From: Chrysomallon squamiferum
Lineage: Eukaryota > Animalia > Mollusca
DNA: 64,000 nucleotides
Direction: 5' to 3'
Assembly: GCA_012295275.1 (NCBI GenBank)
Contig: CM022679.1
Span: 16,492,001-16,556,000 of the forward strand
The position numbers and the translations under genes were made by a program. The notes under the pieces were generated by a model. It was given only the letters and a program-made list of their open reading frames with translations, ran no database searches and had not been told where the DNA came from. Positions 29,201 through 42,209 of the stretch are shown here, piece after piece (positions within the stretch are counted from its first letter, which is position 1; every line of letters begins with the position of its first letter).

Positions 29201-32200
29201 ACCGATCATTTAAAAATGTTACGGTGAAACGTGCTGCGTGCTGACCTTGTAACAAGCCTACCGCCGACCTCCCAGTCTAGAAATTGGGGCCAATCGGTTC
29301 ATTCCTCTCAAACCAACCTGTTGGATTGAATTAATTTCCTTTTGATTATGGCTCATTTATTCCGAAAGTTGAAATCAGCGATTTGTTAATGATTTCTCTC
29401 ACCACTTGATCTTCCCATCAAAGTTTTGATATTTAAGCTATTACGTGGATTCTGAAGTAATTTGATTTCCTTCGATATTATTCAGTTTTGTTACTAATAA
29501 GACGTAAATATTTTCTAAACTATGAAAATACATTGTTATTATTGTTGATGTTGTTGTCATTATTATTATTATTATACAGACCAGTATTCGATTCATCTGA
29601 ACACTTTTTCTTTTGTTTCTTTTAATAATAATAATAAGAAATCATACTGCTGCCTATAAGTAACATTGGTCCAAGGTTAGTAACTTATTTTTACAAGAGT
29701 TATAAACGGTTGTTTTTAAAATGCGTTCAGACTATGTCTTCGAGAATATATGCTTTAATTATGCACTTAACTCGGTTAATTCCACAATCAACACGTAAAT
29801 TACCTAACATATTTAAAAAGCTATATAAAAGATAATTCTTCTATGAAATATAACAACTGAAATTTACTGTCTTGCAAAATAGAAATTCGACCGGCATCCA
29901 AACTATGGATAACTGTGAAAATCTTGTTTCTGGAAGAAATGCATAAAAAAGGAATTTTAAACAGTGAAAGACAAATTCGTTTAAAGCTGCAACCGAAATT
30001 TCTTATTGACCATGTTTGATGATCTGTAATCGATCTATTAAAAACCAAAAAAAGCAAACAAAAAAACAAACAAACAAAAGAAACCCACTGAATAACTGTC
30101 CACCCACACCGAACATGAAACTGAAATATCCATTATTAGGGTATCACATTTTGTTATGTTTAAGTATATTTTATTTCTAATTGGCAGGAACATTCCCACA
30201 CAATTTAATTTCGCACCTAAAATAGACTCAATTTTGAATTCAGGTTTAATTCTTTCGATCGTGATTGCTTAAATATAATTTAAATATTACCACTCCATTA
30301 AATCGTTAATTTTTAAAATGGTTAAATAATAAACATTTCAGGTTTCCTCAGTGAGCTAATTTTTCTTTTATGTTCTTTTATAATACCATGTCATTTTAAA
30401 CGAATTTTCCCAGTTACTCCTAAAACCCTATTAACTTAACTAACAATTCCTCCTTCTTTAATGTTATTTTAATCCGAGTGAAATAGTCTGGATGAAAATG
30501 GAAGACCCCGACAGTAGGCCAGTACTACTGCGATTAGTATAAACAATTAGAATAGTACGAGATAATCTGGAATAGCCCTACTATATCAATGGAATACCAA
30601 CAGAAAACTGAAATGGTGCCAGTATAAATAGTGGATACACAGTGGAATAGTGAAAGTTAAATCGACTGAATAGTTCGAGTATAAATAGAACACTAGTGAG
30701 AATATAAATAACCTATCTTGCTACAGGTAAAAACTAAAAAAAAAGTCGTGGTGAGGTTGCACTGCAGATATATGTTTAACACATGTTTTTATTTTAGCTC
30801 TGAACATTTTCAGTACATTATGACAGTGGATCCTAATTTGGTGCACCGAAATCAACTTGTTTAAATTAGATAAACTATTTTGAATAAACCAATACGATGG
30901 AAATGTTCCATCCAGTTTCATTTATTCGATTCAGTTTAAGGACAATGACTTTATATGCTTGACGTAGGTATTACATACATTATTAAGCATCAACTTTGCT
31001 ACACGTACCAGCAACATACTACAATAATATATCAATGTAAGAAAAATAATCAGACATTAAAAATCAAGTAAACAAATGTATAATATATAAAGAAAAATGT
31101 GGCTGTCTTGATGGGTTGATTGAACTGTTGGACTCACAATAACTGTAGAGACAAAGTTTCAAGTGAGAAATGCCAGAAGGTAACAATTTCTGATTTTCTC
31201 AGAGTTTTTCCAATTTCCAGGAAATCCGGGAAATCCGGGAAACCGAAATCCGGGAAATCGAGGGTCGGAAATATTATCCTATTTATTTTTCTTTGTCAGG
31301 TCATTAACAAACATTAAAATAATTCAGTGTTATTCGTTATTAGGGAATGATATAACAGTTAACATAAATATTGTTATTTCTGATACAACAATGATTTAAA
31401 ACTTATTTTATTCAAAGTTCTTATTATTTTTTTTTAAGACAGAGTAAAAGCTTTAACCAGTAAAACTACAAAATAAAAGTGGTTAATTCAAAAACAGACT
31501 AAACAGATTAAATCTGTTCGTATTTTTTAAATTTTAATCGTTTGCTAGACCAAACTGTAAGTAGGGAACAAACTAGTCTAAATATGTTTTTTTTTCTTTT
31601 CAGCGTGACTAAAACGAGAACAAAAACAATTAAACGTTACAAATTACGGGTGAGCAGAAATGACAACATTTGTAGCTTTTAATTGTGGTTCTTGTTTACT
31701 GCCAGTATATACCTTTCAATCCTGCAAATGTACGTATAATTTAAATTTGAAAACAGGTATATATCTTTCTCCGAATGAGAGAGATGGGACTACATTTGAC
31801 CTATCGTTGTAAGTTTGTGTTAACATTCAGTTTGAGAAAACTTACATCACCTACGGCATGTCTAATCCTGTCTGCTGGTTGTATTCCAGACACAGTACAA
31901 ATATTATTTTAACTCGGTCAGAGCATCTGTTTCTAAATGTATTTCTAGTTTCTGCATCGCGTCCAGGTAAATGGCAACCCAAGACGAACTGAGGAAACAA
32001 TACCACTTTGGTATCAAATAAATGGATGGCAGTTTGTGATTACAACTATATACACATAATACACTTAATACACTTTCACCACTTGTAAACCGTATATAAC
32101 CTGTGATCTAGAAAAGAGACGCTCTATCTTCTTGGTGGATAACCTTCGAGATAAAATCACAGCATACCTAAAAATAATGTTCAGATCAGGATGTATCCCT

Positions 32201-34848
32201 TATGAATTGATCCAGCCCATGAATCTTTGGAAATCTTAGGCTATGGGAAACTGAGGGTTGACTTACCAGAAATGTTAAGAACAAATAAAATCACAAACAG
32301 CAATTTCTTCTGGCATTAATTTTCACCGAATTTGCTTTCTTTAGTCATACGACCGTGATTCCTCGAAATGTTTTATTCTTTTTTTAATTTTAAAAATTGT
32401 TTTATCTTTACACTACCATATAATTCATTTCGCCAACAACCCGATTTGTTTTCATAATCTTATTAATAAATCTACATAACTATAAGTTGTAAATAGTAGT
32501 AATTTGCTACAAAGAGATGAACAAAATTCACCAAACAAGTGAGACATGAAACACAACGCAGCGGTGACTCAGTTATTCATGAAGTTTTGCTTTGCATAAA
32601 ATAAAACGTAACAAGATAAAATAAAGCATACGAACGCTTATTAAATAGCCATAAACATTTTTTATCGAAGGCTGTGAAAAGTAAAGCTTAATATTTAATA
32701 ATTCTTCTGAAAACATTACTGGGATATTAATAACAGCTTTCTTTAAAAAAGAGTAATGAGTCGTATTTCCATTCCAAATTCATTAAAATATATTATTGCT
32801 TCATATGTTAAATAAACTACACTCATATATGTATATAAAAAAAAAAATCATGTGTCAGAGTAAATATGTTACCATTGTTACCTCTCTGATGTTGTTGTTC
32901 CAGCACAGATCCCACATCTAACAATTAACGACGATGTTAAAATTGCAGTATTGGACTATCTCACAGTCATCTGCACAAAGTGCGCGCAGGTCGCTCTCTG
33001 CGTGCGGGTTTCGTGGTCTCGGACGGAGTGACACTTCCAGTTCTGGTTCAAGAAGCGGGTGCTTGCACTCGACAGCGGTCCAGTTCTGATGAACTCGGAG
33101 GTCACGAGAGAAATTTTGAAACCTGCAGTGATCATTATTTGGCAGCGTAATGTGACAAGAAAATATTCTGAAAAATATCGCATTAGGCAGTGTAGCCTGT
33201 GTCATTAACGACATATTGTTTAACATATACAACTTAAATTTATAATAATATATCCTGTGAACGATTCCGTATTTAATTATTTCAACTAAGATTTCCACAA
33301 AACCGTAATTATTTAGCTGCTTTTATTTTATTTTATATTATTACAAAATATATTCTGTATATAAATAAACAAATTAAATTGCAGTCACATGAAGATCGAG
33401 ATATCATGGGCCTCATAATGATGAACACTAGACTCATGTTCTTGAGTTTTCCAAAAAGAAAACCAATTGTTTTCTTTTAAAGTTTAGATTTTTCAGGACA
33501 GACAGAAGATCATGGACGTTTGATTTCTTTTGAGGAGAATTTTTATTGATTCAGATAAACTAAAAATAATTATAAAAAATAAAATAAAATAAACACACAC
33601 ACAAATAAATAGATTGAAAAATTTAAAATTCGATACCAAAAACAACAAAATGAATTTTTGGCTATTTTAACAAAGAACTGATTGAAAGAAAAGAAGTTAT
33701 TTTTTGGACGTTGTTTAGACTTTTTCGATACGTCGCATTTGTATAAATTTAGTTTTAGAACGCAGTAAAAAAAATGTTTTTTTTTTTTTTTTTGAAAATC
33801 TATACATATACAAACATATGTCTGGCTGTTTTGTTGTCGTTTGTATTGTTTGTTTGTTTTTGTTTGTTTTCTTGAGTTTATTAGAAATTTCATGAACATG
33901 TTTTAATTCTCAGAATGGTAGATATTTTACAGGAGGATTTTTAGAGGATGGGAAAATGTTAAGAGATAATACATTTAAAACATTTAAGCTGGCAAAATAA
34001 TAATTATTTACTTTAATAAGATAATCAGAAAAAAATTGGAAAATGAAAACAGTACTATGATACTGTAATTTTACAAAATACATCGATTAAGTTAAATGTT
34101 TATAGAAACTGCTATATAGTCTTTTTAAAATGAAATCTAAATTTTTAAGTTTGTCAGAATTAATCATTATTAATTGTGTATACATATGTATTTGAACAAC
34201 GAAATTACAGATAGAATTATTGCAATCGTGCCCTGACTACTTTTCACGAATACAGTTTTGATACTGTACATCTGGTTTTCTTGATTTCTTATTTATGATA
34301 ATTAATTATATATATACAAAAAAATTCTAATAAAAAAACCGCTTGTATCAGCTGAGTGACAACTTACCGGAGGATGTAGTTTTTATATGACAAGGAGTAA
34401 CTTCAGAAAATTATCTTTCTGTGCCCCTGGGTGAACTGTTAATATTTATATATATATGAAAATAAATTTAATAAAACCTGATTAATCGAAAAAAAAAAAA
34501 AAAAAAAAAAAAAAAACAACTGAAAAACAAGAATGTAAAAAACATAATAATATTAATTAAAAGATCCAAACAAATTTCTACATTTTAATTTAATGACAGT
34601 TCACCGCGATATAATCATATGTTCTCAGACACAGTAAGCTACGTTTTTTTGTAAGCTGAGAGGCATCTTTTAAATGGCCGTCCCATTTACTGGAAAGTAC
34701 AAATCGCAGACTGTGATTAACCAGTCAGTATTTTTCAAAACAAAAGAGGAAGAAACGAGACATATAGTCAGATTGAGACTGCGGTGGAATCAGAAAAAGA
34801 TCAATCTATTTGTACAAACAGAAATGTACAGAGATGCTTCTGCTCGGG

Positions 34849-34956
<108 letters not shown>

Positions 34957-35375
34957 AATAAAATAGACCTCTTTATTTTGTTTGTTCTGTTTAAAATAGA
35001 CCTCTTTATTTTGTTTGTTCTGTTTTAATTATGAAAAAGGATTACGCAAACTGGATTATTCAGGCTGATATAACATTTGTACTACAAATTTTTAAATAAT
35101 ACACAAAACAATAACAACAACAACAACAACAAACAAAAACAACAACAACAACAAAAAAACAACAACAACAAAAAAAAAACACACATTAAATAAACAGAAG
35201 ATAATATTCAAGTGACGTCAAGCAACAACATGTTTTCAACGCACCTGCTCCAAGTAATTAATAAAACTGTAATTCCAGTTAGTGCAAAACCTGGTTTCTT
35301 TAAACACCGAAAACTGGTTGTTTTCTAATCACTTTATTTATTTACTCTTGTGCTTTTTGTTTCTTTTTCTTCTCC

Positions 35376-35423
<48 letters not shown>

Positions 35424-35834
35424 GTTGTTGTTGTTGTTGTTATTATTATTGTTATTATTATTATTATTATTGTTGTTGTTGTTGTTGTTATTCTCATTAT
35501 TGTTACTGCTTTTGTTATTAACATTACTACTGCGACTATTTTCACCAACATTTAAACCAAATTAAACTGACTTTAAATTTGTAATGATATAGATTTCGAT
35601 TTTTGAAATGTATTTGGGGCATAAATATATAAAATGGTTACTATAGTGATATAAGAATATTGTTATTTAGTCTAGCCAGACTAAATAATTTTGGTATCAT
35701 AATTTCGGCATGAAATAATGATAACTGGAATTCAAAAAACATATGAAATAATCTTTGTCATTTTGCAATTTTAATAAATATTCCCTACTAGCTATGTAAC
35801 AAATAAAAAATATTTTATATATCCGTTCTGTGCG

Positions 35835-35836
35835 TA

Positions 35837-35929
<93 letters not shown>
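35835..35929. repeat. (TG)n(TA)n compound microsatellite upstream of LAMTOR3
   Basis: Direct reading. Confidence 0.95.
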
Positions 35930-35933
<4 letters not shown>

Positions 35934-36009
35934 TAATAATAAGTGTAAATACAGATATTTGTACATAAGTGTACATACCTTTGTGAATTGATCGTTGACC
36001 TTTTGCAAG

Positions 36010-36104
36010 TAGCGGAAAATAAACGTTTCATTTCGGCTATAACACATACCGGAAATAATAACTGTTATATCAGTTTTAAGCGTTATGGATTATCAAGACT
36101 AAGT
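36010..36104 (+). promoter_or_regulatory. LAMTOR3 promoter / 5' UTR candidate
   Basis: ETS-type GCGGAA and CCGGAA (36049) motifs and an Inr-like TCAGTT (~36070) in a CpG-containing patch just upstream of the ATG. Confidence 0.45.
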
Positions 36105-36113
36105 ATGACTGAG
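36105..36113 (+). CDS. LAMTOR3: LAMTOR3 coding exon 1 (ATG ACT GAG, MTE)
   Basis: ATG followed by donor GAG|GTGGGC. Completes a 124-aa protein in frame. Lies just downstream of CCGGAA and TCAGTT promoter-type motifs. Confidence 0.78.
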
Positions 36114-37277
36114 GTGGGCGAAATTTATTATTAATTTTTTAAATTGATTTATTAATATATTTCTCAAGTTAAAACCAAAATTTACATTAGTCAGATATTA
36201 TGTGTATTATGTATATGTGTGAGCGGTACCAGCTTAGATCAGATAATTAAGTCATAAAAATCATAATTCCATATAGCGTTGTCGCGGTTGTGTCATAATG
36301 ATAATCATAATGATTATGATGATCATGAATCCATGATAATGATGATATACAGTGCAGTTATGATAATGATAATGACATAAAATGATAAATGATAAATATT
36401 CATAGCCATTTATAATAGACTCATACTGAAAGTACAGTATGTTACCGTTCCCGGGCATTGAGTCAGAAATAGCATTTGTTTTCTTTTTTTTATTTATTTA
36501 TTTATTTATGGAGTTATGGTCGTTTGGCGCTCTCTCTCTCTCCCTCCCTCCCTCCCTCTCATCATCCCGAGTAGAAGCATCTCTGTACATCTCTATTTGT
36601 ACAAATAAAGACAGACATATCCTGAATGTATGTACAGGTATATCCTGAATGTATAAAAGACTGGGAATGCTTTGAATTATCTGTTATATGTTTTCTGAGA
36701 TGTGGTATCATGAGAAAACAAAATGATTGGGAGGTATTTCAGTTGACACTCTGGTACAGTGATAGAAGATACTTAGAACATTTTTTATTATATCTCTTTA
36801 AGTTTAACCCACAGATAATCGAACATGAGTGAAATAGCTGTTTCCTTTCTGTTAACAAACTAATCATCTAGATATTTTGATTGTCTTGGACAGAACAACA
36901 ACAGCAACAACAACAACAATAATGTTAATATTCAATAGCAATAAAATAAAATAAAATTATCCTTATTCATGTTCTGACAAAATATGTTTGAACATTAACT
37001 ACAGAGTTACTAAAGACTGCATAAAGAAATGAAAATGCTTCAAGAACACCCACAGAATATATTTTAATCATTAGTAGTGTTTTATGTTTTATATGTCCAC
37101 TGGTGAAATTTATGGCAAAGAGTACTTCCACAAATCTATCAGTTTTCAATACTGATTTTTTTTTTGGACAGTTTAACATATTTACATTTGTAATGTTGGT
37201 TACAGTAACATTAGATAACAACAGAAAATATACCTTTTTAAGATGTTTATTTTATTGTTCATGTTTGTATATGTTTG

Positions 37278-37309
<32 letters not shown>

Positions 37310-37561
37310 TGTATGAATGAATAATCATATAATGTATATATGTATGTTACTATGTATTTATGTTTGTGTAATATATGAAAAAATGAATTATGTGTATGTA
37401 AGAATGTAAGTATATATCTATGTATTTGTGTATGTGTGTCTATGTGTGTGTGTGTGTGTATATCATTTATGAATAAACTGACAATATACTTAAAATTTTA
37501 AGTAATTTATTACTTAGCATTTAAAACATTTAAATATTTTGACATACATATTATTTTTCAG

Positions 37562-37596
37562 GAGATAAAAAGTCATTTGTTGAAACTGATGTCCAC
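37562..37596 (+). CDS. LAMTOR3: LAMTOR3 exon 2 (EIKSHLLKLMS)
   Basis: Acceptor ttatttttcag, donor GTAAGT, 35 nt. Corresponds to DLKRFLYKKLPS of vertebrate LAMTOR3. Confidence 0.88.
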
Positions 37597-38281
37597 GTAA
37601 GTAACATGACATTTTCAAACAATTCTTGATCATATTTCTTTTAAGTAAACACAAATTGTGATTGTTTTTTTTTTTTTTTTTATAAGAGAATTGTTAATAT
37701 ATGTAGTGTTTCAACAATTCTTGGTTACATTTTAAAACAAAATTAAATAATACACTTTTTTTGCTATTAGTAATTCTCACATGTATTTTAATACATTTTA
37801 GTTTGTTAATAAAGTTTGTATTTTGGTGGAATTTATTGCAAAATGTACATCCTGAAATCTTTCAGTTTTTAACATTGTATTTTCATTTTTTGAAGCATTC
37901 ATATTTTTATTGATGGTTACAGTATTTTAACATATACTATTCCCTGACATTCATTTTCCAGTAAAAGAAAAATAACAAATGCTTGCTACGGCTATCTTAT
38001 TTCATAAACTTTCTATGTAAAATTGGGAAAATGTTCATTTTGCCTTAGTAATACAAAAACATTATAGGAACAGAAATCCAAGATGAGTCTTCTAGTTTAT
38101 TCAATTTTGGACATTAAATAATAATTGTAATATATGTAAATCATGGGTGATATGTTGGTTTCAAAGAAAATAGTGGTGACATTGCACATTAGATGTAATA
38201 AATTAAAGTATAAGTAACTGAGATATATTTTATTTTCCTGCAAATTTTGCATTAATTTTGCACCAAAATTTTACTTTGCAG

Positions 38282-38340
38282 AATTGATGGACTTCATGCC
38301 ATTGTTATTACAGACAGAGATGGGGTCTTGATGCTTAAAG
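38282..38340 (+). CDS. LAMTOR3: LAMTOR3 exon 3 (IDGLHAIVITDRDGVLMLK)
   Basis: Matches the LAMTOR3 signature VEGLHAIVVSDRDGVPVIK. Acceptor tactttgcag, weak donor AAG|GTTTTT. Confidence 0.93.
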
Positions 38341-39269
38341 GTTTTTAGTAATTTTATTACATTTTCTTCTAAACTTAAAACTCTTTGTGAAATAAATTAA
38401 TTGGAATTAGTACATGAATTATTTCTGATCAATAAACCACCCCCATACTCCCACCCCAGAATCTTTAATATGTTTAATAACAGATAAACATTTATATCTG
38501 GTAATTTTTATATATACATCAATGCTCATGATAAATTTAACTATCACTCCTGCATATTACATTGACAGCAAATAGTTTTTCTACGAAGCAATTTTTTTTT
38601 TCTAGCCAATGTTTATTGCAGTCCAGTTTTTTGAGCAGGTGCATATAAAAGATGTTTTGTAATTAATCAGTAAATTATTAAACTATGTTTCTGTTATTTT
38701 GACAGCTTGTTGTATTGCATTTGCTAAGTAAAAAACATTTCATGAAATTGATTTTAACAGTTTGCTAAAAACATTAAATTACAAATTTCTAGAAGAATTA
38801 CTTTTATAATCTTTATACAGATCATATAATGTCAGATTTTTATTTTTATATATATCTAAAACATTAAAAGCAAATTATTTTTCACATCTGTTGCCTGCTA
38901 TTCTGTGGCCCAAGACAAAATTATACAGAAAATATTAATCATTTATACATTATATATATTTCAGAAATAGATTAATTTATTTTTCAGTTAAATACTATTT
39001 TTTTTTTTTTTTAACTTTTCATTATTTCATTGTTTATTATTATTATTATTTTTTAACTATATATATCAGTCCAGAAAATTGTGAAATCCAGAAATCTGGA
39101 TCACTTCCAGTTTCAAGCTTGTACATTTTGTGACACTAGGATTTTCATGAAATCCACAAAACTTTCAGGGAAATTTAAAAATGACTTCTGTATATAGTTA
39201 GTCAGATAGATAGATGGATAGATAGATATCATCATCATCCTGCAGCTCTAGTGTCCTATTTTAACAGTT

Positions 39270-39830
39270 ACTCTTGAAGAAGGTGCAGAGCTTTGTAAAT
39301 GTAGTCCTGCCAGTCATGATTCTTCTTTGTATCTTCTTGTCTTGATTTTGTCGCTGGTGCTGAATCTCTGTCCCAGATACATGTAGCTTTCCAACATTCT
39401 GTGTTGTTGACATATATTTGGATGGCATTTTCAAACATGACCTTTGTCTCTGACCTGTTCATTTTCAATCATAATTTTGCCCTCTTTGCCCTCTTCAAAT
39501 ACTGCAGCATTCATTCTAGTTCATGTGGACACAAAGCTGACTGAGATACTCTCCTGTTATCACAATGGTATGAATTAGGGTTCTTTGTTCAGTGTTATAA
39601 TATATATCTGTGTAGAAATCATCTGTTTATTTTATGATCTTATCTTGAACTTGAATTTCTCTACTCTGCCTTTCTAGCAGTGTAATCAGTCTGTCTGGGC
39701 TGTTCAAACTTTCCTCAAGTTCTCTGATGCTATTATGGTTTTTCATATGATTCTTTGCTTGCCCTTCTAATGTTCTTTGTTTTCCTGCATATTTCTGTAT
39801 AGCCAACTTGCTTATAGCTGCCATGTTTCA
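39270..39830 (-). mobile_element. Degenerate LINE (RTE-like) reverse transcriptase fragment in LAMTOR3 intron 3
   Basis: Minus-strand pieces GEYLSQL, ELE*MLQYL and LKMNRSETKVMF resemble the RTE RT region (GEYLSHLRFADD...ELQxML...GLKMNxxKTKVM). Heavily disrupted. Confidence 0.65.
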
Positions 39831-40628
39831 CAATTTCATAAAGAAATGTGATTGATGTTTTGTTTTGCTTTCTCTGATATTTAAATTCTTTAATAATAAT
39901 ATAATTAAAGTCTAAAACAGAAATTTAACAAAATGACTGATGGCAAGTTTCAAAAACAAATCTAATATTTTTTAACATTAAGAATTTTCTGCTTGATATT
40001 CAAGGTTGTCATAATAGTATTTAATATTGTGTGACCGACCAATACTTGGAACTTTCATATTAACTAAATTAAAATTTATAATTGTCTCAAGATTGTTATA
40101 TTCATATTTAGAATTACCATATTAATATTTAGAATAATTTAGAAATGTCAAATTACTATTCAGAATTTTCAAACCAATATTTGCAGTGATATTTTGAATT
40201 AATATATTTAATATTTAGAATTGTCTTATTTATATTTAGAATGTCCTTTCATATTCACATTTCCAAATTGTTTTATCTTCAAATAATACTGCATCAGATC
40301 ACCCAGTAAAATCATTTATGTTACTCCCATTGAGTGAAACAACACTAAATGACTCTTAAAGACTTTCAGAATTGTTTATTAATAGTTAGCATTGTCTTAC
40401 AGGTAAGTAAAGGTTACAGTTGTGTGATGGTTACTTAGAATTAATTTACTTGCACTTAAAATCAAGTTAATATATAGATCAGCCTCACTCATAATTAAGA
40501 TTCTCAATTTAATATTTGTATTGTTTTACAATATCAATCTTTTCAGTTTTCTTACTGATATCAGGAATTGTCATCTTAACATTTGCCGTTTTGATTTCAC
40601 TTAACTTGAATAACTGATATTTTTTCAG

Positions 40629-40762
40629 TTGCTAATGAGAATGCACCTGATCTAGCACTGCGGCCAAACTTCTTGTGTGCATTTGGACTGATGACAGAGC
40701 AGGCAGGCAAGATGGGAATGTCACAGAACAAATCTATTGTGTCTATGTACAGTTCATATCAG
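40629..40762 (+). CDS. LAMTOR3: LAMTOR3 exon 4 (VANENAPDLALRPNFLCAFGLMTEQAGKMGMSQNKSIVSMYSSYQ)
   Basis: Matches VANDNAPEHALRPGFLSTFALATDQGSKLGLSKNKSIICYYNTYQ. Acceptor tttttcag, donor CAG|GTTGGT. Confidence 0.96.
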
Positions 40763-40854
40763 GTTGGTCACATTAAAAGTGAAAGTTTTATCTCATACTT
40801 CAGTGACAGTCCATAATCACTTTACTGTTTCTGTTGTCTTGAACAATAATAAGG

Positions 40855-41150
40855 TGTACTTTGTATATGCATAAAAATGATATAATACTTTGTACAGACA
40901 TATCTGTAATATCATATAATTTGTACAATGTAACTGTAACATTTACTTTGTATATACATGAGGTATAATAACATTTACTTAGTATATACATGAACTGCAA
41001 AAATATTTACTTTGTACAGATGTAAGTAATAACATTTTCTTTGTATAGACATAACTAATAACATGCACTTCATAGACATAACTGTAATAACATTTACTTT
41101 GTATAGATGTCATTGTAATAACATAGACTTTACATGTATAGTAATAATAA
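40855..41150. repeat. Degenerate ~30-bp minisatellite in LAMTOR3 intron 4
   Basis: Recurring TAATAACATTTACTTTGTATAGACATAACTG-like unit with 27-32 bp spacing. Confidence 0.75.
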
Positions 41151-41657
41151 TTTCAACAATGGTAATAGATTTATCAATGGTTTTGGTATATTTATTCTCA
41201 GTAAGTATATAATATAAAAATTTCTTGCAATTAATCATTTAAAGTGGTGACTGGGTTTCATTTCATTATCATTATACAAAAAGCACAAGTCTGATATCTG
41301 TTAACTGTGTTTAATAATATAATCAGGAATCACTGAAGATGTTTTTTGTTTCCGAATCACTTGAAATTTATCATTGTTTTGAAATTAGAAAATGATTAGC
41401 GTTTATTTTATGTGTCAACCGTATAATCATAAAATGAGATATATAAGACATTTTTAACATCTGAGTACAACCAATAATCATGTTACATTCATGTACAGCA
41501 AAAAATTAATAAACGTTACATCGAATTTGTGTTTAAAGGAAATTTATGACAAATTTAAAATTTTCTGCTCAAGAAATTTGTTTTCTTTTTCTCCTGGGAA
41601 CATTATCATTCATATTGTTTTGTTTATTTAAATTTGTTTCTTTCTTTCTTTTAACAG

Positions 41658-41721
41658 GTTGTACAGTTAAATAAACCTCCACTTCTTGTGTCAATGATAG
41701 CAGATTCTGATGCAAATACAG
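41658..41721 (+). CDS. LAMTOR3: LAMTOR3 exon 5 (VVQLNKPPLLVSMIADSDANT)
   Basis: Matches VVQFNRLPLVVSFIASSSANTG. Long polypyrimidine acceptor, donor CAG|GTACTT. Confidence 0.95.
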
Positions 41722-42135
41722 GTACTTGAAATAAAGTGCAGCAGTTTTTTGAATGCAGAAAATCCAGAGTGGTCCTAGCAGATCTGGATTGCTACTGCTA
41801 ATGAATATTTTTATTCATTGGTGTATTTTGGCTTATTTACAACAACAAAAAATCTTCAAAAAAATCACACTTTTATTTATACTTCTATGCCTATGATGTT
41901 TTCTTCATGAAAATATTGCTTTTTAATTAGTTGTTTTGATTCTGGTAACTCTCCAGAGGGTCCGTATCCTTGTGTTTAAAGTTGAAAATTCTGGGATTCA
42001 TATCTGTAACAAGATATCTGTTAATGATTTATATAGTAGGTATTTTCTATTACATGTGTATATTAGTTGTATTATGTGATTAATTATGTATTTTATATAT
42101 TAATTCTGTTATATTTCTTATTTCTTATATTTCAG

Positions 42136-42209
42136 GTGATATTTTGAATTTGGAGTATGATCTTAAAGATGTTCTCACTGATGTGGCCAAAGTGATACAG
42201 ATGTCATGA
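42136..42209 (+). CDS. LAMTOR3: LAMTOR3 exon 6 (GDILNLEYDLKDVLTDVAKVIQMS*)
   Basis: Acceptor atatttcag. Aligns with GLIVSLEKELAPLFEELRQVVEVS. TGA at 42207-42209. Spliced CDS is 375 nt. Confidence 0.92.

Noticed and set aside
31604-31810. Plus-strand exon candidate (strong acceptor at 31603, donor GTGAGC at 31650) and a short ATG ORF
   Set aside because: No recognisable protein and no partner exons in a consistent frame, so it cannot be supported without transcripts.
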